A DNA stretch of 64,000 nt from an uncultured Patescibacteria group bacterium (GCA_905478415.1 CAJQIG010000004.1:267523-331522), one strand, 5' to 3'; shown: positions 21,348 through 31,785, numbered from the stretch's first letter. The notes: generated from the sequence alone by a model not told the origin. Made by a program: numbers and translations.

Positions 21348-22334
21348 TTAACTTCTAAATCCCATAGCTGTACGAACTTCGTTCACGGTTTCGAGGGCAA
21401 TGGCTCGAGCTTTTTCAGCTCCTTTTGTAATCACTGAGTCAACATAGGCTGAATCTGCAACCAGTTCGGCCCGTTTCTGCTGTATTGGTTGCAGTTCTTT
21501 AAAAATTACCGCCGCCAGTTGCTTTTTCAGATCTCCGTAGCGGATCCCTTCTCCAACATACTGTTGTTCGTACTTTTGTTTGGCTTCGACACCTTCAAAC
21601 AACTCAACTAGAGTAAGCAAATTCGCTACGCCACCAGTTTTTGGAACTTCGTCACCCTTGCCGGAGTCGGTGGGAGCTTTTTTAAGTTTTGCTTCAATTT
21701 CATCCAAGCTATCTGTCACATCAATTGCGCTTCCTTCCACAGACTTGCTCATCTTACCGGCACCCAAAAGGGAAGGCACGTACTCGCCTTCTGTAGCAAA
21801 GCGAATTGCTTCAGGAAATGAGAGACCATACTGAGCGTTCATCTTGCGCGCTACTTCTCGAGCAACCTCAATGTGTGGCTCTTGATCAACGCCCACCGGA
21901 ACTTTATCAGCTTTGTACATCAAAATATCGGCTGCCATCAGCAGTGGATAATTAAGAAGTGCCATAGTTGCGTGCTCTGGATATTGTTTGACTTTATCTT
22001 TAAACGTTGGCAGGTGCTGCATCCGTGCAATCGTCATCACCGACGAAAGATAAAACGCCAACTCACCATGTAACATCACATCGGACTGCAAAAAGAGCAC
22101 CGACTTTTCTGGGTCGAGGCCTGCAGCCAAGTAATCAATCAACACTTCCCGACGATGCGACTGCAACTCTTCTACCGAGTAGGGGGTGGTAACTGCGTGC
22201 ATATCCGCCACCATGTAGAGGGTTTCGTACGCTGGGTTATCTTGGAGGGCTAACATCCCTTTAACCCCACCTAAGTAGTTACCCAAATGAAGTCTACCTG
22301 TGGCTCGCATGCCGGCTAAAACTCTTTTTTTCAT
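21348..22334 (-). CDS. trpS: tryptophanyl-tRNA synthetase
   Basis: Class I HIGH-type motif TGRLHLGN and KMSKS. The 328-aa size is typical of TrpRS. Confidence 0.9.
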   Translation of the reverse strand: MKKRVLAGMRATGRLHLGNYLGGVKGMLALQDNPAYETLYMVADMHAVTTPYSVEELQSHRREVLIDYLAAGLDPEKSVLFLQSDVMLHGELAFYLSSVMTIARMQHLPTFKDKVKQYPEHATMALLNYPLLMAADILMYKADKVPVGVDQEPHIEVAREVARKMNAQYGLSFPEAIRFATEGEYVPSLLGAGKMSKSVEGSAIDVTDSLDEIEAKLKKAPTDSGKGDEVPKTGGVANLLTLVELFEGVEAKQKYEQQYVGEGIRYGDLKKQLAAVIFKELQPIQQKRAELVADSAYVDSVITKGAEKARAIALETVNEVRTAMGFRS

Positions 22335-23071
22335 GATTGTTGTTCCTTTGTAGTCGTACTTTTCTCTGAAGTATAGTAGTTTCGAAGCAATACATCGGCT
22401 AAAACACTACTAGTGTCAATACTTGGTACTTCAACATGTATATGAGCTGCAAGTATCGGCAACTCGGTACAACCAAGTATCACAGCATCAGCTTTTTTAG
22501 ATACTTCGGTACATACAGTTTGAAACGTTTTTATATCTGTATCACTTACCGTATCTGCAATAACTTTTTTTATTATACATCCTAATTCTGAATACGTTTG
22601 TTCATTTGGCTTTATAACAGTCAGATTGCGCCTCATCAAGGCAGTATCATACATACTTGATTGGAGTGTTACTGGGCTTGCTAACAAGCCAACTGAGGCG
22701 AAACCAGATTCCTTACAATATGCCGCAACTGCATCAAGCATTGATAAAAACACAACGCCATGCTCCTGACACAGCTGCGCTACTTCTTCAGCTAAAAGAT
22801 GTACCGTATTACTGGCGATTGCCAGATGAGTAGCACCTCCGTTAATGAGTCTCTGTACTGCGAACAAAACTTGTTTTCTTGCTTCCGAAAAGTGCTCCTT
22901 CGAGGAAATAAAGTCTATCACCGGTTCAGAAATAATCAACACACGAGGAAATTCGTGGTTCTCTCTCACTCCATACTGCTTCACAGCTTCACTAATTATT
23001 TTTTTATAGAGATACTCAGTGGCTTGTGGACCAACCCCACCCATTATCCCAATACAGGTATTATTTTTCAC
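22331..23071 (-). CDS. aspartate/glutamate racemase family protein
   Basis: N-terminal IGIMGGVGPQAT (Asp/Glu racemase signature) with a second conserved Cys region. It overlaps the trpS start by 4 nt. Confidence 0.75.
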   Translation of the reverse strand: MKNNTCIGIMGGVGPQATEYLYKKIISEAVKQYGVRENHEFPRVLIISEPVIDFISSKEHFSEARKQVLFAVQRLINGGATHLAIASNTVHLLAEEVAQLCQEHGVVFLSMLDAVAAYCKESGFASVGLLASPVTLQSSMYDTALMRRNLTVIKPNEQTYSELGCIIKKVIADTVSDTDIKTFQTVCTEVSKKADAVILGCTELPILAAHIHVEVPSIDTSSVLADVLLRNYYTSEKSTTTKEQQS

Positions 23072-23111
23072 AATAGTCTCCTTATATTCTTATACTTAAG
23101 GAGCTAAACAC

Positions 23112-23136
23112 ATAAAAAATGCTCCCGGGCGGGAGC
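23112..23136 (-). terminator. possible minus-strand terminator (GCTCCCG-GGC-GGGAGC plus T run on minus)
   Basis: GC hairpin preceded on the plus strand by an A run. It lies upstream of the racemase start, so it would terminate read-through from xerC. Confidence 0.4.
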
Positions 23137-23386
23137 GAATCAGTTATTGTAAAACCACACAAAGACACTCCCTTAGTTTAGAGAGTCCACCAAGAAAAAC
23201 CAAAAGTTTTTTGTATCTGTGTGTACATAGTCTGTAGTATAGCATATTTGATTGACAAAGCCTATAGTATAATATATACTTATAGTATGGCTAACGTGAG
23301 GAAGCCTCTGTATTGATTTTTTTCAGTCACAGAGTAGTTTTCAACCGTTGGTTGGATCTGCTCTTTTATAAAACTTTGGAGGTTAC

Positions 23387-23608
23387 ATGTTCGAAACCAT
23401 CATTCTAGTTATGTATATATTAGTTTTAATTTTATTAAAATTAACTGTTGGGCTTACTTTTCTCATTTCTTTTGTATCCGTTGTATATACATACCTCGGT
23501 GGAAAGCAAAACAGCCGAAATTGGGAAGAACTGAGCCACTTCCTAACACCACTCCTGCTACTTGGCATTCTAAGCATCCTTATATTGATGCTCATTATGC
23601 CAGCCTAG
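23387..23608 (+). CDS. small two-TM membrane protein (73 aa), hypothetical
   Basis: Two hydrophobic helices, a GGAGG-like RBS (tttggaggttacATG), and a terminator just downstream (23633..23659). Confidence 0.35.
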   Translation: MFETIILVMYILVLILLKLTVGLTFLISFVSVVYTYLGGKQNSRNWEELSHFLTPLLLLGILSILILMLIMPA

Positions 23609-23632
23609 TTCAAGAAGATCCAAAAACCAAAA

Positions 23633-23659
23633 ACGCTCCCTCACAGGAGCGTTTTTTCA
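23633..23659 (+). terminator. Rho-independent terminator (ACGCTCC-CTCACA-GGAGCGT followed by T6)
   Basis: Hairpin plus T run on the plus strand after the small ORF. Confidence 0.5.
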
Positions 23660-23681
23660 TAGCTTTTTTTCGTTCTGAAGT

Positions 23682-24629
23682 TTACAGCTCTTCAATTTGA
23701 ATGTTTGGAGTCATCTCTGGTGCATCAATGAGCTTTAAGTATTTTTCAGTCGTAGTAATTCGCTTGTGACCAACTAGTTGGGACACATAAACTAGCGGTG
23801 TTCCGGCTTTCAACTGCTCGACAATAAAGGTGTGGCGAAGGTCGTTGACCTTGGCTTCTTTAATTCCAGCCAATCTAAAGTAACGGTCGATAGCGGTTCT
23901 GATGTTACGAACTAAGAAAGGTCGGCATGTCTTGGTTAAGAAGACCGTCTTTTCTCGAGCTCGTGGGCGAACTTGTAAGTAGTCCATGAGTGCATTTTTA
24001 GCTGCATCATTTAGAGGAACTTTTCGAGCTTCTCTAGAGTTTTGAGCTTTAATAACAATCACATTACGATCAAAATCAACATCAGGTAGCTGTAGTGCAG
24101 CTAGTTCTGAAATTCGCATTCCAGTTTGGAGCAAAATCTCGACAACTGCATACATACGGGCATCACCTCGACAAGCGTCTCGGAGAGCTCGATACTCAAC
24201 TCTCGAGAGAACTCGAGGAGGAGTTAACTCATATTTTGGATGAGTAATAACTTCAGCTGGGTTATCAGAGATGAGACCTTGACCAATTAAGAATCTGAAG
24301 AAAGCTTTAATCGAGTTAATCTTTCTTGAGATAGATTTGCCAGTGTAGCGTTGCTTCTTGAGAAGATCTTTGAATTCATTGATATCAATGTCAGAGACTT
24401 CGTCAACGTTAGCTTTGCCCTTTTTACCAACAAATTCAACTAATTGTTCAATGTCTTTGCTATACGCAATTACAGTCGCGTGCGCTTTCCCAGCATCTTT
24501 TAAAGACTGGGTGAAAAGTGCATGTGCATCAGAGAGTGTCTTTTGCATAAGAGTCTGCCTCAATTCTAATTTTTGTATTACTTTGCTATACTTGGTTGTA
24601 TCTCTTTGGCTGTAGCTGTTCTGAAACAA
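23682..24629 (-). CDS. xerC: tyrosine site-specific recombinase, XerC/XerD family
   Basis: C-terminal catalytic motifs LRHTF...GHKRITTTEKYLKL (R-H-R-Y tetrad), an XerD-like N-terminal core-binding domain, and 315 aa. Confidence 0.85.
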   Translation of the reverse strand: MFQNSYSQRDTTKYSKVIQKLELRQTLMQKTLSDAHALFTQSLKDAGKAHATVIAYSKDIEQLVEFVGKKGKANVDEVSDIDINEFKDLLKKQRYTGKSISRKINSIKAFFRFLIGQGLISDNPAEVITHPKYELTPPRVLSRVEYRALRDACRGDARMYAVVEILLQTGMRISELAALQLPDVDFDRNVIVIKAQNSREARKVPLNDAAKNALMDYLQVRPRAREKTVFLTKTCRPFLVRNIRTAIDRYFRLAGIKEAKVNDLRHTFIVEQLKAGTPLVYVSQLVGHKRITTTEKYLKLIDAPEMTPNIQIEEL

Positions 24630-24722
24630 GTTTCAAACATCTCAATCAGTCAAGAGAGTAGTTTTTCGAATCAGATTCGATTAACTAGGGTCTTATAATA
24701 TCATAGGGATGGATTTTTAGCA

Positions 24723-25082
24723 ATGGGAAAAGTACTACAACATCCAATTACTATTATACTTTTTACTCTGCTGTGCGGTGTACTAGTTATATCTCTGAGA
24801 AAAAGCAGTCAAAAAAAGAGTCTTTCTTCCCAAGAAATAAGCACCTTAGAAGAAAAGGCTTATGCCCTTTCCCAAGAAGTTCAGGGACTCCAAGAGGAAG
24901 TTGAACGTTCAAAAAGCCTCGAGTACAAAGAAAAAATAATTCGAAATGAGCTACTGATGCAGAAAGAGGGAGAGTATGTTGTGCAGTTGGCACTTCCCCC
25001 TGAACAAAACAACTTTGAAAGCAATAACTCACTAAAAAAGCCTGCTTCTTATCGAGAAGAGTGGATTGAGATACTGTTCTAG
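24723..25082 (+). CDS. possible septum-formation initiator (FtsB/DivIC/FtsL-like): N-terminal TM plus coiled coil
   Basis: A single TM helix is followed by a coiled coil (EEKAYALSQEVQGLQEEVERSKS) and a conserved-looking IIRNELLMQKEGEYVVQL segment. Confidence 0.45.
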   Translation: MGKVLQHPITIILFTLLCGVLVISLRKSSQKKSLSSQEISTLEEKAYALSQEVQGLQEEVERSKSLEYKEKIIRNELLMQKEGEYVVQLALPPEQNNFESNNSLKKPASYREEWIEILF

Positions 25083-25132
25083 GATGTTCTATTCTCTATT
25101 CTTAGGATCAATTTCACACTTCTTATAGTCAT

Positions 25133-25169
25133 AAAAAAACCCACACGAATTAATCGTGTGGGTTTTTTA
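25133..25169. terminator. bidirectional Rho-independent terminator between convergent genes
   Basis: A7-CCCACACGA-ATTAA-TCGTGTGGG-T6 lies between the plus-strand FtsB-like gene and the minus-strand lipoprotein gene. Confidence 0.55.
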
Positions 25170-25187
25170 ACAAGCATAGGCATAAAT

Positions 25188-25496
25188 CTATTCTTCAAGC
25201 GTCGGAGGAGTAACCTCCTGAAGAATCTCTCCTGAAGGGGAAATCAGACGCGCTCTAAGAATGTGATGGGACGACCCAAACCCATTAAAGGTGTCTGTAC
25301 ACCAAGCCATGGGGTCGGTGTTCTCATTGAAAGTTAGACGCGTAACATATTTAACTTCCTGAGTCGGAGTCTCCGCCCCGATCTCTGAAACAGTACATTG
25401 CACATTATAGGCGCCGTCCGCCACACAGGCGGTCAGAACGCTTAATAACAAAAAACAAGCCATCAAAAACAAAAGCTTCTTGAACATTGCTATCAC
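25188..25496 (-). CDS. small secreted lipoprotein (about 100 aa), hypothetical
   Basis: Signal peptide with a lipobox-like LTAC, and three Cys in the mature part. Confidence 0.5.
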   Translation of the reverse strand: MIAMFKKLLFLMACFLLLSVLTACVADGAYNVQCTVSEIGAETPTQEVKYVTRLTFNENTDPMAWCTDTFNGFGSSHHILRARLISPSGEILQEVTPPTLEE

Positions 25497-25634
25497 CTTT
25501 TCTGTACTCTTTACTCCCCAAATAAAATTGAGGAAAAGAGCCAGAGTATATTCGCTTGTTAAAAATCACTGACTATTATAACCTATAATAGTTTTTTTAA
25601 AATAACCAAATAGTGGAAAATCGACTTCTTCTCC

Positions 25635-26996
25635 TTAGTATTGAGAGTTTTTATGACGAAGCGGCAACACTTTGATAGAAGCAATCTTATTCTGTTTAAA
25701 CAATTCTTGAACTTCCTCAACTTTAAATGAAGGTACAAAAAGGTGTGTAATCAGTGAAAGTGGAACAAAGTTTCTGACAACAACTTCATTGTGTAAATCC
25801 ATTGTTCCTAATCGCAGCTTGAGTTGTTCAGCTTTCTGCTTTTCAATACCAAATGTTATTGGAAAATCATACGCTCGCTGTGACCCATGTCCGCCTGAGA
25901 CAACAGGTGAACCATTTTCATGAAACCAAAAAGAAACATCATCAGGTGTATAGGAGGATGTTCCTTGCCCTTCACCTCCATAGTATTTGTTTATACCAAA
26001 TTTTTGATAATAATTTCTAGCAGCCAAACCGTTCATTTGAATAAGGTTAGATAACACATGACTAAAAGATCCATGCGTTAGGAGTATCTCACCTTGTGTA
26101 GCATCCCAAATATTTTCTCTTAAATCATTATAGGTAAGTCCGTCATAATAGAGTGGTATCACCTCTCTACTTTGGAAATTAAGTGGGTAAGCGTCACTCA
26201 TTTGTATATTATTTTCTGCTGCTAACTCTAGTAAAAATTGTCTCAAACCCTTGAGCATCATTTGCTGCATGAAGGTGTTTATTTGTTCTCCATCACCAGA
26301 TAGGTCATAGGACCTGGCCTCTTCCCACCCCATCAGACTGTCAACCCCGTAACAAGTATTCAGAATGTATTTTTGTAAATCCGGAAGTTTTTTTTCAGCA
26401 GGATCTTCTGAAAGCTCTTGTAAGTATTTGAGTATTGTCTGAGTGAACGTATCAAAAGAAGTAGTGGCAACTTCACTCTCTGGAATTTTGTTTTTTGTTA
26501 AAAAAACCTCATCTTCCCTGACGCCTTCTCGCCATACCATATAGACCTTATTTTGAAAGCAATATGCTTTCTCATGTGGTGATAAGTTTCTAACGAAATT
26601 AAATTCACCAGCCTCTGACTCTACTTGTGTACTATCAAACTTTTCACCTGCTACGAGTTCTGTTTGATATTCTGGATTTGAGCTGTATTTATCAAACTTA
26701 GCTCTTCTTCTCTGATCGTTTTCTATAGTACGAATAATCGAAACTTTTTTTTCAAACTCTTGATCAAGTAATAACCGATCTCCATCCAGTGTAATTTTTT
26801 CACGCTGTATAAGATCTGCCAGTACAGCCTGTACTAAATCGCTCGGTAAATCTGTCGCAGCAATAACATCTGCAACTGTGCGAACATCTCTAGAGACTAA
26901 TGAAAGAACTACTGCCTTGAAAAGAGCTTTGTCCTTTGTTGGAGAAGTTTGTTGTTCTGTTTTTTCTGCGGATGGAAAAGGGGCTTCAGCTACCAT
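25635..26996 (-). CDS. hypothetical cytoplasmic protein (453 aa); the N-terminal region looks like a winged-helix domain
   Basis: Long clean ORF with no catalytic motif recognised. The N-terminal VVLSLVSRDVRTVADVIAATDLPSDLVQAVLADLIQREKI looks like a wHTH. Confidence 0.55.
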   Translation of the reverse strand: MVAEAPFPSAEKTEQQTSPTKDKALFKAVVLSLVSRDVRTVADVIAATDLPSDLVQAVLADLIQREKITLDGDRLLLDQEFEKKVSIIRTIENDQRRRAKFDKYSSNPEYQTELVAGEKFDSTQVESEAGEFNFVRNLSPHEKAYCFQNKVYMVWREGVREDEVFLTKNKIPESEVATTSFDTFTQTILKYLQELSEDPAEKKLPDLQKYILNTCYGVDSLMGWEEARSYDLSGDGEQINTFMQQMMLKGLRQFLLELAAENNIQMSDAYPLNFQSREVIPLYYDGLTYNDLRENIWDATQGEILLTHGSFSHVLSNLIQMNGLAARNYYQKFGINKYYGGEGQGTSSYTPDDVSFWFHENGSPVVSGGHGSQRAYDFPITFGIEKQKAEQLKLRLGTMDLHNEVVVRNFVPLSLITHLFVPSFKVEEVQELFKQNKIASIKVLPLRHKNSQY

Positions 26997-27163
26997 AGTG
27001 TAACTATATCCTAGAGCACTACTCTATTTAAGAGGAAAATACTAAGTAATGAGGAGTATTTGGCGTGGAAAAAAATATGTAATGCTTAATTTTTCATGTT
27101 AAATACATTAGCTAGCCCTGAAAGACTAGCTAATATATTATATTTTCGTTTAAAAATCAGAGA

Positions 27164-27580
27164 CTAGCCTGTCTTAACAGTTAGCTTCTTGGGCTTAGAT
27201 GCCTCTGATTTGGCAAAGACTACTTTTAAAATACCATTTTCCAGGGTCACGTCTGGTTCCTGAGTATGATCAATGAGACCTGGAACTGCTATTTTATATG
27301 AATAGCTCCAAGAAGACTTGCTGTAATATTTACTGTCCTGGTCATCTTCTTTTTTAACAGCTTTAGCTTGAATCCAAAGCACACCTTTTTCGAAGGTAAC
27401 ATCAATATCATCTGAAGTTACTCCAGCCACATTGGCTTTAACTACCACTTCATTTTCAGTCTCATATACATCCACACCATGGTCTACTGAAGGAAAGAGT
27501 TGTAGGTCTTCATCATCCCAAAAACTTGGCCAACGGTTCAACGTGCTTAGCATTGATTTGAGCGGTACTAAGTTTGACAT
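27164..27580 (-). CDS. small heat-shock protein, Hsp20/alpha-crystallin family
   Basis: Alpha-crystallin domain: DVYETENEVVVKANVAGVTSDDIDVTFEKGVLWIQAK ... IAVPGLIDHTQEPDVTLENGILKVVFAK. Confidence 0.85.
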   Translation of the reverse strand: MSNLVPLKSMLSTLNRWPSFWDDEDLQLFPSVDHGVDVYETENEVVVKANVAGVTSDDIDVTFEKGVLWIQAKAVKKEDDQDSKYYSKSSWSYSYKIAVPGLIDHTQEPDVTLENGILKVVFAKSEASKPKKLTVKTG

Positions 27581-27610
27581 AATCTGTCTCCTTTCTGTGT
27601 ATATTTATAA

Positions 27611-27637
27611 TTAGCAATATATTACAATGACTGCCAA
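27611..27637. promoter_or_regulatory. degenerate CIRCE-like operator (TTAGCAAT-N11-ACTGCCAA) upstream of hsp20
   Basis: Same 8-11-8 geometry as the other four sites, 31 bp upstream of the Hsp20 start. The arms are 6/8 complementary. Confidence 0.4.
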
Positions 27638-27770
27638 CACGTTGTCAAGACTCTTAACTAAAATAAAAAAAGAACCTATTAATAGGCCTTTTACATCCTT
27701 TTTTTTCGGGGCTCGGTCAGATTCGTCTTGGCTCTGCCAAGCAACTCAGAGTTAACCACAGAATTAAATA

Positions 27771-27800
27771 AAAAGACTCCCTTCGGGGAGTCTTTTTATT
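27771..27800. terminator. bidirectional terminator hairpin (GACTCCC-TTCG-GGGAGTC) downstream of the minus-strand tRNA
   Basis: Perfect 7-bp stem with a UUCG-type loop, flanked by A5 and T5. Confidence 0.55.
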
Positions 27801-27805
27801 TAAAT

Positions 27806-27874
27806 TTGCGGGACTAGGAGTCGAACCTAGCCTGTGAGATTATGAGCCTCACGTGCACCGTACACTATCCCGCG
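27806..27874 (-). tRNA. tRNA-Met (anticodon CAU), initiator-like (C1 opposite A72), short D arm, no encoded CCA
   Basis: Manual fold: acceptor CGCGGGA/TCCCGCA with a C1-A72 mismatch, T8 and A14 present, anticodon loop CUCAUAA, and T arm CTAGG-TTCGACT-CCTAG. It is only 69 nt (3-bp D stem, 4-nt variable loop). Confidence 0.55.
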
Positions 27875-27932
27875 CGTGTTCTGATCTTTTTTCTAGTCAC
27901 CAGAAGAGTTCGTAGTATACATCAGATCTTTA

Positions 27933-27960
27933 TTGAAGTCAAAAGTCTGGTATAATTAGG
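27933..27960 (+). promoter_or_regulatory. putative sigma70-type promoter for the plus-strand tRNA (TTGAAG ... TGgTATAAT extended -10)
   Basis: TTGAAG and an extended -10 TGGTATAAT lie about 45 bp upstream of the tRNA 5' end. The spacer is short (12 bp), so the -35 assignment is weak. Confidence 0.3.
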
Positions 27961-28001
27961 ATCTGTCCAAGACAGCATTCTCTGTCTGAAGATACGGCCG
28001 T

Positions 28002-28075
28002 GCCAAGGTAGCTCAGTTGGTTAGAGCACAGGATTCATAAACCTGAGGTCGAGAGTTCAAATCTCTCCCTTGGTA
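28002..28075 (+). tRNA. tRNA with anticodon CAU (elongator Met or lysidine-modified Ile2), no encoded CCA
   Basis: Manual fold: acceptor GCCAAGG/CCTTGGT, D arm TAGCTCAGTTGGTTAGAGCA, anticodon loop UUCAUAA, and T arm GAGAG-TTCAAAT-CTCTC. 74 nt. Confidence 0.7.
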
Positions 28076-28108
28076 CACTTTTCTCCTTCATTTGTTACAA
28101 TCAGAGAC

Positions 28109-28726
28109 ATGAGTCTTCTCAAAAACTTTTTCGTTCCAAAAAAAATCACCAGTGGGTACACCAATAAATCTGGCAACCTTGCTGAAGTAAGCGACTTTTT
28201 TTCATCCCAAAATAAAACCCTGGTCGAAATGCAGCAAACACATAGCGCCAATTTTACTTGGGTATCGAGCCCCTCAGACAAAAAAATTCCAGATGTAGAT
28301 GCAACCCTTACAACCAACCCAAACCTTGCCCTGACGGTCAGAACAGCCGACTGTCTCCCTATTCTGCTCTATCATCCTTCTGGAATACTCGGAGTTCTTC
28401 ACGCCGGACGAAAAGGGACTCAACAACGTATTCTTGCCAAAGTACTCACCCACCTAAAAGAAGAAAAAAACATTCTAACTGACCTCCAACTTTGGTTTGG
28501 ACCTGCAATTTGTGAAGCCTGTTACCAAATTGATCGAGAAACTAACACCCATTACAACCTCATTGCCGAAAATATGGCTCAGGCTTACTCTGTCTTTGCT
28601 GCTGAAGATCTTCTGATCACAATTGACTCATCGTGCACCCAATGTTTGAGCGAGGAGTATCACTCCTATCGAGTCGGACAAGCTGCTGTGCAGATGAATT
28701 ATGCTGCTATTTCACTTCTAAAATAA
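28109..28726 (+). CDS. pgeF: PgeF/YfiH family (laccase-domain, purine nucleoside phosphorylase/peptidoglycan editing factor). The start was moved to the ATG after the tRNA.
   Basis: Signature motifs TADCLPILLY and LHAGRKG (the HAGWRG equivalent). The listed ORF start at 28070 overlaps the tRNA, so the ATG at 28109 was chosen. Confidence 0.8.
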   Translation: MSLLKNFFVPKKITSGYTNKSGNLAEVSDFFSSQNKTLVEMQQTHSANFTWVSSPSDKKIPDVDATLTTNPNLALTVRTADCLPILLYHPSGILGVLHAGRKGTQQRILAKVLTHLKEEKNILTDLQLWFGPAICEACYQIDRETNTHYNLIAENMAQAYSVFAAEDLLITIDSSCTQCLSEEYHSYRVGQAAVQMNYAAISLLK

Positions 28727-28847
28727 ATCCTCCAGTCTACAGAGGGTCTAAAGTGTCGACAAGTTATCTTGAAGATACTAGTAGCCCTGCGGAGACACTT
28801 TAGGCAACTTGGTGAAGGTGCCAAGTGTCTCTGTAAATGAAACTATC

Positions 28848-28983
28848 TTTTTTACACACACCGCCTTAGGAGTGTCTGAACTGCTGGCCTACCCACATAA
28901 AAAATATTTTGTGAGCAAGGAACAGCAGTTCAGCAAGCTTGGAGGAGGCGCCAAGCGCCTCCTAAGCGGTGTGTGTAAAAAAG
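28848..28983. repeat. ~135-bp nested imperfect palindrome between convergent pgeF and groEL (T6-ACACACACCGCCTTAGGAG ... CTCCTAAGCGGTGTGTGT-A6), with inner hairpins; bidirectional terminator or structured element
   Basis: The outer ~25-bp arms are reverse complements apart from one indel. Inner arms are GTCTGAACTGCTG/CAGCAGTTCAGC and GGAGGAGGCGCC-AA-GCGCCTCC. It is flanked by T6 and A6. Confidence 0.5.
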
Positions 28984-28985
28984 TT

Positions 28986-30966
<1,981 letters not shown>

Positions 30967-31047
30967 GGTCGACCTTTCTTTCTATACTTTTTACTACTTT
31001 TGTATATTTTTTCTCGCGAAGTTTGCAACTGAACACAAACGCAAGAA

Positions 31048-31074
31048 CTAGCAGTTATACTAATCAACTGCTAA
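31048..31074. promoter_or_regulatory. CIRCE-like operator (CTAGCAGT-N11-ACTGCTAA) upstream of groES
   Basis: 8-11-8 inverted repeat with a perfect AGCAGT/ACTGCT core, about 80 bp upstream of the groES start. Confidence 0.55.
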
Positions 31075-31114
31075 AGAATTGTCAAGTGCGGAGATTGGCT
31101 CGTTTGTACAAGAA

Positions 31115-31759
31115 TTAGCTTTTAGGATTAACGGTGGCACGATTTTCTGCCTCTAACACAACTTCTTTGTGACCTTTTTTATTTTGAAGCTCTACCTTGG
31201 AAAGCAAAAAGCCTTCACAATCGAGACCTCGATCCTGGAAATACTTTTGAAGTTCGTCTTTAACCATGAGTTCAACCTGACCACGATTTTGTCTAATCTG
31301 ATCGAGTGTCCACTCACTAAAGAGGGCTGAAATCTTACTTCGAGAAAAAGGTCTGACAACCTTAGAAACAACATGTTCACCTAAATTTTCCCAAAGTTCT
31401 GGTGCATTTTCCTTATCGATTCTAAACAAAATGGAACCTTCAATAGCAATATCTTTGCCATCTGCAGTAACGGTTTGAATAGGATGATCTCCAAGCGCCT
31501 CGCGATTTCTTTCGAGAGAAAAACCCGCCATTAAAGAATATTCTAGAACTTGAGCATTAAAAAGTTTGGCGATCTGCCAAAACGGAATTTTGAAGTGAAG
31601 GCCAGGCCCCCAGATGCGAGGTAATACACCCCGACCTCTGTCATACACACAAGCAACGTGTCCTGGTGGCACTGAAATAAAGAAGCCTCCAACAACTTCG
31701 TCAACTAAAAAAGAAACGACTAATCTATCAAATTCCATAGGTATCCTTTTGGCGCGCAA
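31115..31759 (-). CDS. SPFH/band-7 (stomatin/prohibitin-like) domain protein
   Basis: VPPGHVACVYDRGRGVL...GPGLHFKIPF...QTVTADGKDIAIEGSILFRI resembles the SPFH core. Confidence 0.5.
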   Translation of the reverse strand: MRAKRIPMEFDRLVVSFLVDEVVGGFFISVPPGHVACVYDRGRGVLPRIWGPGLHFKIPFWQIAKLFNAQVLEYSLMAGFSLERNREALGDHPIQTVTADGKDIAIEGSILFRIDKENAPELWENLGEHVVSKVVRPFSRSKISALFSEWTLDQIRQNRGQVELMVKDELQKYFQDRGLDCEGFLLSKVELQNKKGHKEVVLEAENRATVNPKS

Positions 31760-31785
31760 AACGCTCAGTAGAGGTTATTGTATCA

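Noticed and set aside
23682-28075. Tyrosine recombinase about 3 kb from two tRNA genes, considered as an integrated mobile element or genomic island
   Set aside because: The recombinase has full XerC/XerD architecture and size. The intervening genes include hsp20 with the host CIRCE operator and an FtsB-like gene. No direct repeats of a tRNA 3' end or phage/conjugation genes were seen. It is more likely the chromosomal dimer-resolution Xer.
28070-28108. Listed ORF start at 28070 for the PgeF gene
   Set aside because: It overlaps the plus-strand tRNA (28002..28075) in the same orientation. The in-frame ATG at 28109 gives a normal PgeF N-terminus, so the upstream extension was discarded.
28780-28830. 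Hairpin GAGACACTT..ACTTGG-TGAAGGTG-CCAAGT..AAGTGTCTC, considered as SRP RNA (4.5S) domain IV
   Set aside because: The conserved SRP helix 8 features (GNRA tetraloop with AGGAAG..AGCAGCC-type symmetric loop) are not present. It is kept only as part of the structured intergenic region finding.
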